The notes: generated from the sequence alone by a model not told the origin. A stretch of DNA of 64,000 nucleotides from a virus (IMGVR_UViG_3300046786_000304:96001-160000), one strand, 5' to 3'. Positions 36,606-46,256 are shown, counted from the stretch's first letter. Translations and numbers: made by a program.

Positions 36606-36613
36606 TATAAATA
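36606..36613 (+). promoter_or_regulatory. T4-type late promoter
   Basis: Exact TATAAATA upstream of ATG 36637. Confidence 0.75.
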
Positions 36614-36636
36614 CATTATTAAATTATATTTCCACC

Positions 36637-37137
36637 ATGCCAATTTTCCGAGGTAAAAATTTCGTCAGCGCAGTATCAGACTATAAAGATAGTGTTCGCG
36701 TTGCCACACGATCTAACGTAAACGTTAGCGCAAGTATATTCACAGTAGATGGAGTGTCTTTGGCAGATAAAGACAGGGTTTTGTTAGTAGGACAAACAAC
36801 ACAAGAACAAAATGGTATATATTCGTGGTCTGTGTCTACAAGTAAATTGACAAGAGCAGACGATGCTGATAGTATTTTTGAATTAAGTGGTGGCAATAAA
36901 GTCTATGTAGAAGAAGGTAATACTCAATCAAAAACATCGTGGACATTAGTAACGCAAGGCGTTATCAATCCTGGAATAACTCCATTAATATTTGCCAAAG
37001 AAAGTAGAATTAACACTACAGATGTCAGCGGAAATTATGGCGGATCTGGAAAAACTCTGGAAATTGATTTAGATGAAACAGGTCAAATCAATACTATCAG
37101 CGAAGTAGACATTGAAATTGACTGCGGCGAATATTGA
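36637..37137 (+). CDS. Virion structural protein
   Basis: 'VRVAT..N......TVDGV.L...DRVLL..QT...QNGIY' module common in phage fibre/decoration proteins. Confidence 0.7.
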   Translation: MPIFRGKNFVSAVSDYKDSVRVATRSNVNVSASIFTVDGVSLADKDRVLLVGQTTQEQNGIYSWSVSTSKLTRADDADSIFELSGGNKVYVEEGNTQSKTSWTLVTQGVINPGITPLIFAKESRINTTDVSGNYGGSGKTLEIDLDETGQINTISEVDIEIDCGEY

Positions 37138-37236
37138 TTTGACCCCCATTTAACACTCTAGTATTTTAGTTTTGGCTAAATACTATACAAATAGTAGAAA
37201 TCGAAGTTCCTACAATTTCAAGGGGTATATACTCAA

Positions 37237-39714
37237 ATGGCCAATACAATTATTTTAAAGCGTAGTGCTACACCTGGCAAGGTACCAACGACAGGACAGC
37301 TAGCATTAGGCGAAATCGCAATTAACACACATGATGGTTTAATCTATATCAAGAAAGACGACGGAACTCCGAGCGTTGTTCAAATTGGTGGTGTAACCAG
37401 TGTTAATGGTGAAACTGGTTCAGTTACAATCGACACAGGCGACGTATCTGAAAACGGTAATCTTTATTTTACAAATGCTCGCGCAAGAAGCGCATTAAGC
37501 GCAGGCACAGGTATTAGTTACAACAGTTCTACTGGTGCAATTAGTACAGCTCAAAGCATTACAACAAGCGCAAGCCCAACATTTGCTGGTTTAACACTAA
37601 CTGGCGGAATTCCTAGCATTGCTGGTGATATTATTCCAAGTGCAGACGTTACATATAGCTTGGGTAGTTTAACTAAACAATGGAAAGACGTTTTCGTCGG
37701 TCCAGGTTCTTTATACGTTAACGGTAGTAAAGTTCTTGAAGACGTAAACGACACAATTACTTTTACAGCTGACACTGACCAAAACATCCGTATCAAAACA
37801 CTTGGTACTGGTATTTTACAATTAGGTTCTAGTACAACAAACATTAACATCGACGGTACGCTACAAATTGCTGCCGGTAAGAATATTACTGACAGCGCAG
37901 GCGTAAAAGTTAACTTTGGTGACAACATTGAAATGAACGGTAACAAGATTGTTGGATTAGGTGCTCCTAGTTCTGCAAACGATGCAGCCACAAAGACTTA
38001 TGTTGACACAGCAATTAGCGCAGTAAGCACATCAAGCATTGCTCAAGGTAACAGCAACATTAGCGTTGTTGATACAGGTACTGGTACAGTAACAGTTACA
38101 GTTGACGGTTCAACAGCATTGACAGTTGATTCAACTGGTGTTACAGTTGCTGGTAACTTTACAGTTAGTGGTACACAAACAGTTGTTAACAGTAACACAA
38201 TTAACTTAGCTGACAACATTATTACATTGAACAGTGACCACACTGGTGCTCCAACACAGAACGCTGGTTTGTTAGTTGAGCGTGGTGACGAAGCAGATGC
38301 TCAATTACGTTGGAACGAAGGCACTGATAAGTGGACATTCACAAACGACGGCGCAGTTTATTATCCAATCGCTGTTAACACAGATGACTTAGCCGAAGGT
38401 TCAACAAACCAATACTTTACAACAGCTCGCGCTCGTACTTCACTAAGTGCAACAAGTGCTACTGGTGTAAGCTATAACAGTACAACTGGTGCAATTAGTT
38501 TAGGTAGTATTCCAAACAGCTCACTAACTAATAATAGTATTACTATTAACGGTACAAGCGTTGCTTTAGGTGGTACACGTACATTAGATACTGATGCAGT
38601 TAGCGAAGGTACAACAAACCAATACTTTACAACAGCTCGTGCTCGTAGTAGCGTAAGTGCTGGTACTGGTATTTCTTATAACAGTACAACTGGTGCTATT
38701 GCAACAAGTGCTATTCCAAACGCAAGTTTGACAAACAGCAAAGTTACAATTGGTTCTACAGATGTAAGTTTAGGCGCAACAGTAACTACATTTGCTGGTT
38801 TAACAAGCGTTACATCTACATCATTCGTTGGTGCTTTAACAGGTAATGCTGATACAGCAACAAGTGCAGGTAAGTGGACAACAGCTCGCACAATCACTTT
38901 AGGTGGTGACTTAACTGGTAGCGTAAGTATTGACGGTAGTGCTAACGTAACATTAAATGCCACAGTAGCATCTGATACAGTTGCACTAGGCACAGATACA
39001 ACTGGTAACTATGTTGCAAGTATTACAAACGGTTCTTACATCACTGGTGCTAACGGCGGCAGCGAAGGCGCAGCCTTAACACTAGCAGTTGATGCAACAA
39101 GTGCTAATACAGCAAGTAAAGTTGTTGCTCGTGATTTAAGTGGTAACTTTAGTGCTGGCACAATCACAGCTGCATTAGCAGGTAATGCTACAACAGCAAC
39201 TACATTACAAACAGCTCGTGCAATTCAAGGCGTAAGTTTTGACGGTAGTGCGGCAATTACAGTTGTTACAGCAGGTACAGGTATTAGCGTATCAGGTACA
39301 GCAGTTACTAATACATTGTCAACAAGCGGTGGTTCAATCGGTGGCGCTATAGCAGTTAGCGGTGCTATTACTGCTACAGGTGAAGTTACAGCTTACTACT
39401 CTGACTTACGTTTGAAAACAAACATTGTTCCTATCGAAGACGCTTTAGAAAAAGTTGAAGCATTGAATGGTGTTACATTTGATCCAAACGAAGCCGCTTT
39501 AGCATTAGGTATCGACGATCGTCACCAGATGGGTGTTATTGCTCAAGAAGTTGAAGCAGTTGCTCCTGAATTGGTATGCGACTCAGCATTCAAAGGTTAC
39601 AAAACAGTTCGTTATGACAAGCTAACAGCATTGTTAATCGAAGCTGTTAAAGAACTAAGTGCTAAAGTGAAGACACTTGAAGCACAGTTGGGTAGTTCAA
39701 AACCAACATTATAA
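37237..39714 (+). CDS. Tail fibre/spike with C-terminal S74 intramolecular chaperone
   Basis: Mtd-like N-terminus 'LKRS...P...LALGEIAINT.DG', 3 'EG.TN.YFT.ARAR' repeats, and 'YSDLRLKTNI..IEDALEKV..LNGV' autocleavage chaperone. Confidence 0.9.
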   Translation: MANTIILKRSATPGKVPTTGQLALGEIAINTHDGLIYIKKDDGTPSVVQIGGVTSVNGETGSVTIDTGDVSENGNLYFTNARARSALSAGTGISYNSSTGAISTAQSITTSASPTFAGLTLTGGIPSIAGDIIPSADVTYSLGSLTKQWKDVFVGPGSLYVNGSKVLEDVNDTITFTADTDQNIRIKTLGTGILQLGSSTTNINIDGTLQIAAGKNITDSAGVKVNFGDNIEMNGNKIVGLGAPSSANDAATKTYVDTAISAVSTSSIAQGNSNISVVDTGTGTVTVTVDGSTALTVDSTGVTVAGNFTVSGTQTVVNSNTINLADNIITLNSDHTGAPTQNAGLLVERGDEADAQLRWNEGTDKWTFTNDGAVYYPIAVNTDDLAEGSTNQYFTTARARTSLSATSATGVSYNSTTGAISLGSIPNSSLTNNSITINGTSVALGGTRTLDTDAVSEGTTNQYFTTARARSSVSAGTGISYNSTTGAIATSAIPNASLTNSKVTIGSTDVSLGATVTTFAGLTSVTSTSFVGALTGNADTATSAGKWTTARTITLGGDLTGSVSIDGSANVTLNATVASDTVALGTDTTGNYVASITNGSYITGANGGSEGAALTLAVDATSANTASKVVARDLSGNFSAGTITAALAGNATTATTLQTARAIQGVSFDGSAAITVVTAGTGISVSGTAVTNTLSTSGGSIGGAIAVSGAITATGEVTAYYSDLRLKTNIVPIEDALEKVEALNGVTFDPNEAALALGIDDRHQMGVIAQEVEAVAPELVCDSAFKGYKTVRYDKLTALLIEAVKELSAKVKTLEAQLGSSKPTL

Positions 39715-39779
39715 TTTCCAGAGTTAAATGGGGTTTAGGTCCCATTTAACAGGATAAATAAACACATAGGAGATTATAA

Positions 39780-39974
39780 ATGTCAGTTTTACCAGCAACA
39801 GGTTCTGAAATTGTAATGGGTCGTGTTAAACAGGGCTATTCAAACGTAGCACCCGGCGCCGGACAGAATATTTCGCTAAGTGGTACACTTGGTGGATATA
39901 TTGGACAAAGTTCAGGAACACAACTTAGTTTGAGTTCTAGATTCGGCGGCAGATTATCACCATACACATACTAA
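39780..39974 (+). CDS. Small Gly-rich virion-associated protein
   Basis: 64-aa ORF with AGGAG RBS and GATAAATA box, directly after the S74 fibre. Confidence 0.7.
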   Translation: MSVLPATGSEIVMGRVKQGYSNVAPGAGQNISLSGTLGGYIGQSSGTQLSLSSRFGGRLSPYTY

Positions 39975-39995
39975 TAATATAATTAGAAGCAACAT

Positions 39996-40025
39996 TATAA
40001 ATACCTCAGTAACCCTGAGGTATTT
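39996..40025 (+). promoter_or_regulatory. Late promoter embedded in RBS-sequestering hairpin
   Basis: TATAAATA (39996-40003) overlaps the 5' arm of the 11-bp stem AAATACCTCAG/CTGAGGTATTT, whose 3' arm holds the GAGG RBS. Confidence 0.75.
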
Positions 40026-40027
40026 TT

Positions 40028-40606
40028 ATGGCTAAACAAAAACCAACACAAAAAGACGAAGTATTAGAGCAATTATTTGCGCTATGTCCTTTTAACTTAA
40101 CCAGTGAGTTTGAAAGACAAAACTTTGAAGGACAAGCTGGCGTGGCTCGCGCTCGTTATGTAGTTTCTGTTATTAACAGAATTAGAAAAATCGACAGCGA
40201 TTTAGAACAAGAGCAACGTACATTTGAAACCAATTGTTTGTTAGAAGAACGCGAGTACTTGGTTAATTTTATTAAAAACGAACCACAGAATGAAATTCAA
40301 TCTATACTTTCAAATTGGCAAATTACCGAAGAAGAGTATTGGATTGATTATCTAGGCAAAGTTTCTGCCATTGAGTTATTAACAATGGGCAAGCCAAGTA
40401 TAGAAACAATGACTAAAATGGTTAAGTTACCAGAGTCTGCTTATATCAAAGCCACACAAATCTGTGTTAAATTAGCTAATGCTATTAAAGAAGCTACAGT
40501 AATGGCTGAGCAGGAAATTGGCGTTGAAGCAAATATGCCATCTGATGATACAGACACACAACCGCCATCGCAGCCTAAACGACTAAAACTTAAAAAAGTT
40601 AAATGA
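40028..40606 (+). CDS. Hypothetical helical protein
   Basis: 192-aa ORF in a late operon with the glycosyltransferase. Confidence 0.7.
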   Translation: MAKQKPTQKDEVLEQLFALCPFNLTSEFERQNFEGQAGVARARYVVSVINRIRKIDSDLEQEQRTFETNCLLEEREYLVNFIKNEPQNEIQSILSNWQITEEEYWIDYLGKVSAIELLTMGKPSIETMTKMVKLPESAYIKATQICVKLANAIKEATVMAEQEIGVEANMPSDDTDTQPPSQPKRLKLKKVK

Positions 40607-41247
40607 ACTATAACGAACTTCGATTAGCGATTTGTATTCCTACCAGGGATACAATGCACAGTAGTTGTACATATTCGTTGTACAATCTTTGTCAAAAGTT
40701 AACCGAACATGATATAGATAATAAATTATTTTTAAGTCCAGGTACACTAATCGCAAATCAAAGACATGAACTAGTGTTGGCCGCTAAAGAATGGGGAGCG
40801 ACTCATGTCATGTTTATCGACAGTGATATCGAATTTCAGCCATATCATGTTTTTGATCTATTAGACTTTGACGAACTAATAGTCGGTGCCGCATACAGTA
40901 AAAGAGTAGAGCCATTTATAACTACAGCATGGCATAAAATATATGACTGGAATTCTCACGTAGACGTAACAGCACAAACTGACAGCCATATACAGGTAGA
41001 ATGTATGGCTCTGGGATTTTGTTTAATTGGTATAACTGTCTTCGATCAGTTAGAACTTCCGTGGTTTATATTAGGCTACGATAAAACAGTAAATCAATAC
41101 ACCGGCGAAGACATTGAATTTTTTAGACAATGTAATGAAGTTGGAATTCCTATATGGCTTGATGTTGCCACTACCTGTGAGCTAGGACATTTAGGAACAC
41201 AATCATTTAAAGTTGCTGGCGGTATCGAAGTAGACCCCGCCATTTAG
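40603..41247 (+). CDS. Glycosyltransferase, GT-A/GT2-like
   Basis: 'AICIPT', 'ATHVMFIDSDIEF' (DxD), 'GFCLI', 'GEDIEFF...G..I..D...LGH' motifs. Confidence 0.85.
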   Translation: MNYNELRLAICIPTRDTMHSSCTYSLYNLCQKLTEHDIDNKLFLSPGTLIANQRHELVLAAKEWGATHVMFIDSDIEFQPYHVFDLLDFDELIVGAAYSKRVEPFITTAWHKIYDWNSHVDVTAQTDSHIQVECMALGFCLIGITVFDQLELPWFILGYDKTVNQYTGEDIEFFRQCNEVGIPIWLDVATTCELGHLGTQSFKVAGGIEVDPAI

Positions 41248-41593
41248 TATTCCATCTGTTTAGTTTAAGTATATTAGCTTCGGCAGAAACAATGTTATCT
41301 TTGTCTGCAAAATATCTTTGTACAGCTAAATCTTTTTCAGTATCATCTATAAGTATATTTAGTGTGTTATCTTTTGTTGACAACAATAACTTTATAATAG
41401 GATGATCCATATCCTCTAGATTTAATAAATGTTGAGTTTGTAAATACCAACGTTCTACATAACTTATTTCGGGTTTGAATAAAGTATTAAGCAATGGATT
41501 GTTTAGCCGAACGTCCCAGCAATAATATAAGTCTAATGATCTAGCGACTTTAAGGGGTTGTTCCTTTTTGGGAAATGGTATTATTTCTGCCAT
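41207..41593 (-). CDS. Hypothetical protein
   Basis: 128-aa ORF at the end of the gp14-gp15 operon. Confidence 0.6.
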   Translation of the reverse strand: MAEIIPFPKKEQPLKVARSLDLYYCWDVRLNNPLLNTLFKPEISYVERWYLQTQHLLNLEDMDHPIIKLLLSTKDNTLNILIDDTEKDLAVQRYFADKDNIVSAEANILKLNRWNTKWRGLLRYRQQL

Positions 41594-42041
41594 TCTTTTT
41601 GTCCATCCAATTATAAAAATTCTTAAACTTTTCCTTTAGCCGTTTTGAACTTAACATCAACCTAGTCTTAGGATGTAAAGGGCTAGGTAAGTGATCTATA
41701 TCAGTCCATGCATAACCAATGTTCTCGTCATTCAACTCGGGTATAAACTCTTTATTAACTAATACAATATAAGTGTCGTAGACAAAATCTTTGCTACGAC
41801 TATGATAGCTATGCAACGGTATTATTTTTTTAATTTTTGTTAGCTGTAATTCTTCTTCTAACTCTCTTTTTAATGCGTCAATGGGTTGTTCATTTTGTTC
41901 GACTCTGCCACCGGCAAATGTCCAAGTGTTAGGATGACTTTCACTAGGGCTTCTTAATACAGACATAACTTTATTAGTCTGTTCGCTGAGAATAATAGCC
42001 CCTACACCCTTAAACTGTTTCACAAATACAATCTCCACCAT
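41550..42041 (-). CDS. NUDIX hydrolase
   Basis: Nudix box GGRVEQNEQPIDALKRELEEEL. Confidence 0.9.
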   Translation of the reverse strand: MVEIVFVKQFKGVGAIILSEQTNKVMSVLRSPSESHPNTWTFAGGRVEQNEQPIDALKRELEEELQLTKIKKIIPLHSYHSRSKDFVYDTYIVLVNKEFIPELNDENIGYAWTDIDHLPSPLHPKTRLMLSSKRLKEKFKNFYNWMDKKNGRNNTISQKGTTP

Positions 42042-43378
42042 CCATTTTGATAAGTTCCTTCGACAGCACTAATCCATTGACCATTGCGCCATTCGTAGGT
42101 TAATCCTGTTGTAGTATTTAACACCACGGCATTAGAATTACTAGTACTATCAAATGATACCGTCCATGCACTGCCGTTGTATTGTACAATGTCATTAGCT
42201 TTGGCATTTACTACACCCCAGTATGAATTTTCAGGAATGTCTTCTAATATTAGATATCTTTGCCCTGTAACTGCTGTAGGTAAATTTTTGCCTGGAGCAC
42301 TTCTACTAGGATTAATAATAGCATTAACAGCGGCCTCAGTTGACGCAGGCAAGCTTTCATTGTCAATAGTAATATAAGCTACATTAGTTCTTGTAGGATC
42401 ATCGTCTACACTATTAATCACAGCAACTATATCAGCACTGGGGTCACTTGGATCTACACCTCGGCGTAGTCTTAGATTACTAATACCAAGCTTTAATTCG
42501 CCAAAAGGTTTAAGTATACTAGCCCAACTTAGTAAATCTCCATTGGCATCAGTTGTGCCGCCTGATTGATTTAATATCTTTGCTTGGTCGCCTATAATCT
42601 GTAATTGTAATTTTAAATTCTCAAAAGTAACTACTACCCATTCTTTGTTAGGAACTGGATCGCTGGGATTCCAATCTAAGATATCGTTGTTTTGTTTTTT
42701 CCTAATCTCAGTAAGGATAGTATGAATAAGAGTTTGACGTTTAACCTTAGCAGGAGGATTAATTAATACAGGTAATGTAAAGTTTAATGCGGCAACATCG
42801 ATAATATCATCTGTGCCTTGAGGAACTTGTCTAACACTCCATACTACATTGACTAATTCAGTGTAAGTTAAATTACTCCAGTCAAATTGATTGTCGTTGG
42901 TTTTTAAGTTAATACTAGGATTGAACAATACCAATAACTGTTCCATTAGTTGTAGCTTTTGATCAGTGTTGCTGGTCCAAATGTCTACTTGAACAGTTAA
43001 ATCGTAGGGCACAGGCATATAGCGTTCAATAGTATAAGTGTTACCCACTTCACCATCTACATACTGTCCAGTGACATTGTCAAACTTCTTTTCATAAACA
43101 CGCTGAGTGTCTACATGAGTTGGGTTCAATCTACGCTCGGCATTGATTTGTAAATCAGTTACATAGCAACTTATAAACGGCACAGTATTGATAGCGTTTT
43201 CACTTTGATTCTTTAAGATGTGAGCAGCCATACGATTGATATCACCATAACGCACGGGTACCTGAATGTACGTTTCGTTGCCTTCTCGATCTTTGCCAGT
43301 TTTAACACTAAACCCGCCTAAAATACGCATAAATTGCAGTAAGTATTTTCTTATTTGTTCATCGTAAAAATATTGCAT
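42020..43378 (-). CDS. gp15: Tail sheath stabiliser/terminator gp15-like with C-terminal extension
   Basis: 'MQYFYDEQIRKY..QF', 'VPVRYG', 'MPVPYDL...IWT.N.DQ.LQL.EQ.L..FNP' motifs. Confidence 0.85.
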   Translation of the reverse strand: MQYFYDEQIRKYLLQFMRILGGFSVKTGKDREGNETYIQVPVRYGDINRMAAHILKNQSENAINTVPFISCYVTDLQINAERRLNPTHVDTQRVYEKKFDNVTGQYVDGEVGNTYTIERYMPVPYDLTVQVDIWTSNTDQKLQLMEQLLVLFNPSINLKTNDNQFDWSNLTYTELVNVVWSVRQVPQGTDDIIDVAALNFTLPVLINPPAKVKRQTLIHTILTEIRKKQNNDILDWNPSDPVPNKEWVVVTFENLKLQLQIIGDQAKILNQSGGTTDANGDLLSWASILKPFGELKLGISNLRLRRGVDPSDPSADIVAVINSVDDDPTRTNVAYITIDNESLPASTEAAVNAIINPSRSAPGKNLPTAVTGQRYLILEDIPENSYWGVVNAKANDIVQYNGSAWTVSFDSTSNSNAVVLNTTTGLTYEWRNGQWISAVEGTYQNGWWRLYL

Positions 43379-43380
43379 GG

Positions 43381-44433
43381 TTAATCTGCCTTGGGTTTAA
43401 CTACTTGACTTAATGCTTGACGTTCTGGCATTTCCTTGCCGCCAACAACAGTTGTATTGTTATTATTAATAAATCCAGCACCGTTGAGAACTTTATCTCG
43501 CAGATCTACTGGACCGTTAGGAGTATTAATTCGTTGCCAACGAGTTCCGCGATAAGCAAATAGCGCAGGAGGATTATAATCAGTGCGTAAGAAGAAATCT
43601 CCTTGATGTGGATTCAACGGGAAACTTAAACCTTCATTCAATGACTCGCCATGATCGTATGTTGGATTAGCATCACGTTGATAATTTTTACTAGTATCCT
43701 GTAAGCCATTGGTATTAGTAGTATCGTCTAAAATAGTAGGAGCAAGCTGTTCTCCACGAGCAATAATAGCATTGGAAATTTCTAATTCTTTTTGATATGT
43801 GCTCAATGCATCTTTTAATGTATCATTACCATAGTCGTCGGCTTTGTTTTGTAAAATGTCTCTATACTCTTGAGCATCAGTCATTGGGCTAGCTTTGATA
43901 CGCCAAATGTGCGGATACCAAGTTTGACTAAAACCTTCTGCGGCACGACTAGCATCTTGAATAACATAGAATTTATTTACAGCTGGTTTACTTTGATCTA
44001 ATAATAAGTCATCTCTAATATGTGGAAGTTCGATGACGTCGCCTGCCATTAGTTTTCTGCCCATACGTTCGACCATATCATTTGTATGGAAGCTGATAAA
44101 GATAGTATCAGCACTTAAAAACAAACCAAACTGTGTCAAGTCAAAGTCTTGATCGCCTACGTTATAAACTCCTCGAAGTTCGTAGACATCAGGATCATAA
44201 ATTCTATCACGATTTTCTAAGAACAATAAGTCTTGTATCTTAGTTTCGTTGAGTATGTCGTCGGCCTTATAGTTAGGCTTAGTTGGATCAGTACTGGCGC
44301 CCTGATCTGCTGGTTGTAAATATTTGTGTACTAAAACGCCAGTCCCGCCTACCATGAATTGTTCGCGGATAAGTCTATCCATGAAATGGTAGTCGTTAGT
44401 TTTTTCGTTTTTCCACAGGCTTAGTCTTGGCAT
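43381..44433 (-). CDS. gp14: Neck protein gp14-like
   Basis: 'LLFLENRDRIY', 'FDLTQFGLF', 'GDVIELPH', adjacent to gp15. Confidence 0.75.
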   Translation of the reverse strand: MPRLSLWKNEKTNDYHFMDRLIREQFMVGGTGVLVHKYLQPADQGASTDPTKPNYKADDILNETKIQDLLFLENRDRIYDPDVYELRGVYNVGDQDFDLTQFGLFLSADTIFISFHTNDMVERMGRKLMAGDVIELPHIRDDLLLDQSKPAVNKFYVIQDASRAAEGFSQTWYPHIWRIKASPMTDAQEYRDILQNKADDYGNDTLKDALSTYQKELEISNAIIARGEQLAPTILDDTTNTNGLQDTSKNYQRDANPTYDHGESLNEGLSFPLNPHQGDFFLRTDYNPPALFAYRGTRWQRINTPNGPVDLRDKVLNGAGFINNNNTTVVGGKEMPERQALSQVVKPKAD

Positions 44434-44491
44434 AATGTATTATTTACCTATAACTTTTAAATGGCAATTACTCCAAAATTAAAGGAAATCT

Positions 44492-44520
44492 TTGATTTTT
44501 TGCCTCTTTCATCGTATAAT
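44492..44520 (+). promoter_or_regulatory. Sigma70-type promoter for porin
   Basis: TTGATT-17nt-TATAAT. Confidence 0.6.
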
Positions 44521-44586
44521 CAGGATATACCTTATATATAAAGGTAGCTTATTATTTTAATCAGCTAAAAGAAAAGGAAATTTATT

Positions 44587-45492
44587 ATGAAAAATACAAT
44601 CTTAGCAACTATGTTAGCATTGGCAACAACTGCGGCATCTGCTCAAGTTACTGTCTATGGTAGACTAAGTGAATTCGTCGACAGTACAAAGACAGGTACT
44701 ACTACAGTTAAGTCTTTGGTAAATGACTCTAGTCGTATTGGCTTCAGAGTAGAAGAAAAACTAGGCCAAAGTCTAACAGCCCGTGCAGTAGTTGAAACTT
44801 CAATTGCTGCCGATGATCCAAAAACAGGTAGCGCAACTCAACTAGGTGATCGTCAAAGTACTGTTGGTCTTGCTGGTAAGTTAGGTAGCGTTGATTTGGG
44901 TCGTAAAGAACATAGTGAATATATCACTGTGAAAGCAGCCGATCCATTTGGCGGCGGCAATTATGCAACTATTGCTTCAGATGTGTTCAATGATCGTTCT
45001 AAACGTATCGGCGACGGTGCTTACTTGGGAACAACAGTAGGTCCAGTTAATGTTACATATGATCGTAGTTTTTATACGAACCCAGCTACAGCAGAAGCAA
45101 CAGCTTGGAGCCTAGGTGGTAAAATTGGCCCTGTAACAACAGCAGTAGCACGTTTTGCCAGTGGTGCCGATCATACTAATGTAGTCACAGTTAGCGCACA
45201 AGTAGCTGGCCTAAATTTGTCTACGATTCAAAGCACTGACAAAACTGGCGCAGTTGAAACTAAAGGTCAGTTATATGGCGTAACAGCACCAATCAATGCC
45301 GCAGTCAGCGTTAAAGGCAGTTATGGTATTAAAACCGGCTTGGCTGCAGGTGATGTTAAAGCATATAACGTAGGTGTTGCTTATGCTTTCAGCAAGCGCA
45401 CTAGTGCATCTGTTGCTTATCGTAGCGTTGACGCTGGCGGCACAGCAAATGATGTTAAACAAGTTGGTCTCGGTTTATCACACAATTTCTAA
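44587..45492 (+). CDS. Gram-negative trimeric porin (betaproteobacterial Omp32/PorB-like)
   Basis: Sec signal peptide ending AASA, 'VTVYG', 'SRIGFRVEEKLG..LTA...E', 'Y.FSKRT', C-terminal Phe. Confidence 0.92.
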   Translation: MKNTILATMLALATTAASAQVTVYGRLSEFVDSTKTGTTTVKSLVNDSSRIGFRVEEKLGQSLTARAVVETSIAADDPKTGSATQLGDRQSTVGLAGKLGSVDLGRKEHSEYITVKAADPFGGGNYATIASDVFNDRSKRIGDGAYLGTTVGPVNVTYDRSFYTNPATAEATAWSLGGKIGPVTTAVARFASGADHTNVVTVSAQVAGLNLSTIQSTDKTGAVETKGQLYGVTAPINAAVSVKGSYGIKTGLAAGDVKAYNVGVAYAFSKRTSASVAYRSVDAGGTANDVKQVGLGLSHNF

Positions 45493-45511
45493 TCAATATA
45501 TTGATTAGCAC

Positions 45512-45534
45512 AAACCCGCTTCGGCGGGTTTCTT
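45512..45534 (+). terminator. Intrinsic terminator after porin
   Basis: AAACCCGC-TTCG-GCGGGTTTCTT. Confidence 0.9.
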
Positions 45535-45583
45535 GTTGACTAAATGATAAATAATTACAATACACTTTAAAGGATTTTTTATT

Positions 45584-46234
45584 ATGGCTATTACAGATAA
45601 CTATAAACGCATTCTCCCAGTTACTTCAATGGGAACTCCAGAATTAGCATACTTCGTAGTTGATATGGAAGAAGATATCGAAAGTAATTATGATTCCAGT
45701 GACAGTTTATATTCACAAGCAGTTCAAGCACTTCAACTAAAAACAGACTTATATATGGTAAGCGTACCAAATGGTAACATCTTTACATTTGCCGCAAGAG
45801 CATCAAGTGTACCTGGGGCGGTCGCTGGTGCAACATCCGGTGTCATTGAGAGTTTAGGACAAGATATCACTGACTTTGTTAGTGAAGAAACAGTAACAAA
45901 TATTTCTTTATTAAATGGCGGTAGCGCAAACGACGTAGGCGATGAATTTGAATTCCGTCACGCAAATTTTGCTACACCATTAAGAGTTCGTGTTACAGCA
46001 TCTAATTCAGGCGTAGCTACTGGTGTATCGATTATCAACGGCGGTATATGGAAAGATAGCGCAAACTTACCTGCTAATACTACAGCGGCAGGCTTTACCA
46101 GAGTTCAAGTAGCCGCAGGCCAAGATTGGAATGGCGCCAACTTACAAGTTAATATTAACGCTTGGGGTCTAAATAATGTTACTGTTTACAATGCCAGCAT
46201 TGTAGGCGGCAGTTTAGTTTGGAATGACGAATAA
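45584..46234 (+). CDS. Putative virion protein
   Basis: GATAAATA upstream, own terminator, beta-rich composition. Confidence 0.6.
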   Translation: MAITDNYKRILPVTSMGTPELAYFVVDMEEDIESNYDSSDSLYSQAVQALQLKTDLYMVSVPNGNIFTFAARASSVPGAVAGATSGVIESLGQDITDFVSEETVTNISLLNGGSANDVGDEFEFRHANFATPLRVRVTASNSGVATGVSIINGGIWKDSANLPANTTAAGFTRVQVAAGQDWNGANLQVNINAWGLNNVTVYNASIVGGSLVWNDE

Positions 46235-46256
46235 AACCCTAAAACCAAAGTATTAC

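Noticed and set aside
32141-39714. CRISPR-like or diversity-generating retroelement interpretation of the fibre repeats
   Set aside because: Repeats are in-frame coding and degenerate at third positions, with no unique spacers. No reverse transcriptase or adenine-specific TR/VR pair was seen in the window.
39723-39750. 10-bp hairpin GTTAAATGGG/CCCATTTAAC after the S74 fibre
   Set aside because: No U-tract and no RBS overlap; probably an ordinary mRNA stability hairpin, with nothing further to support a special role.
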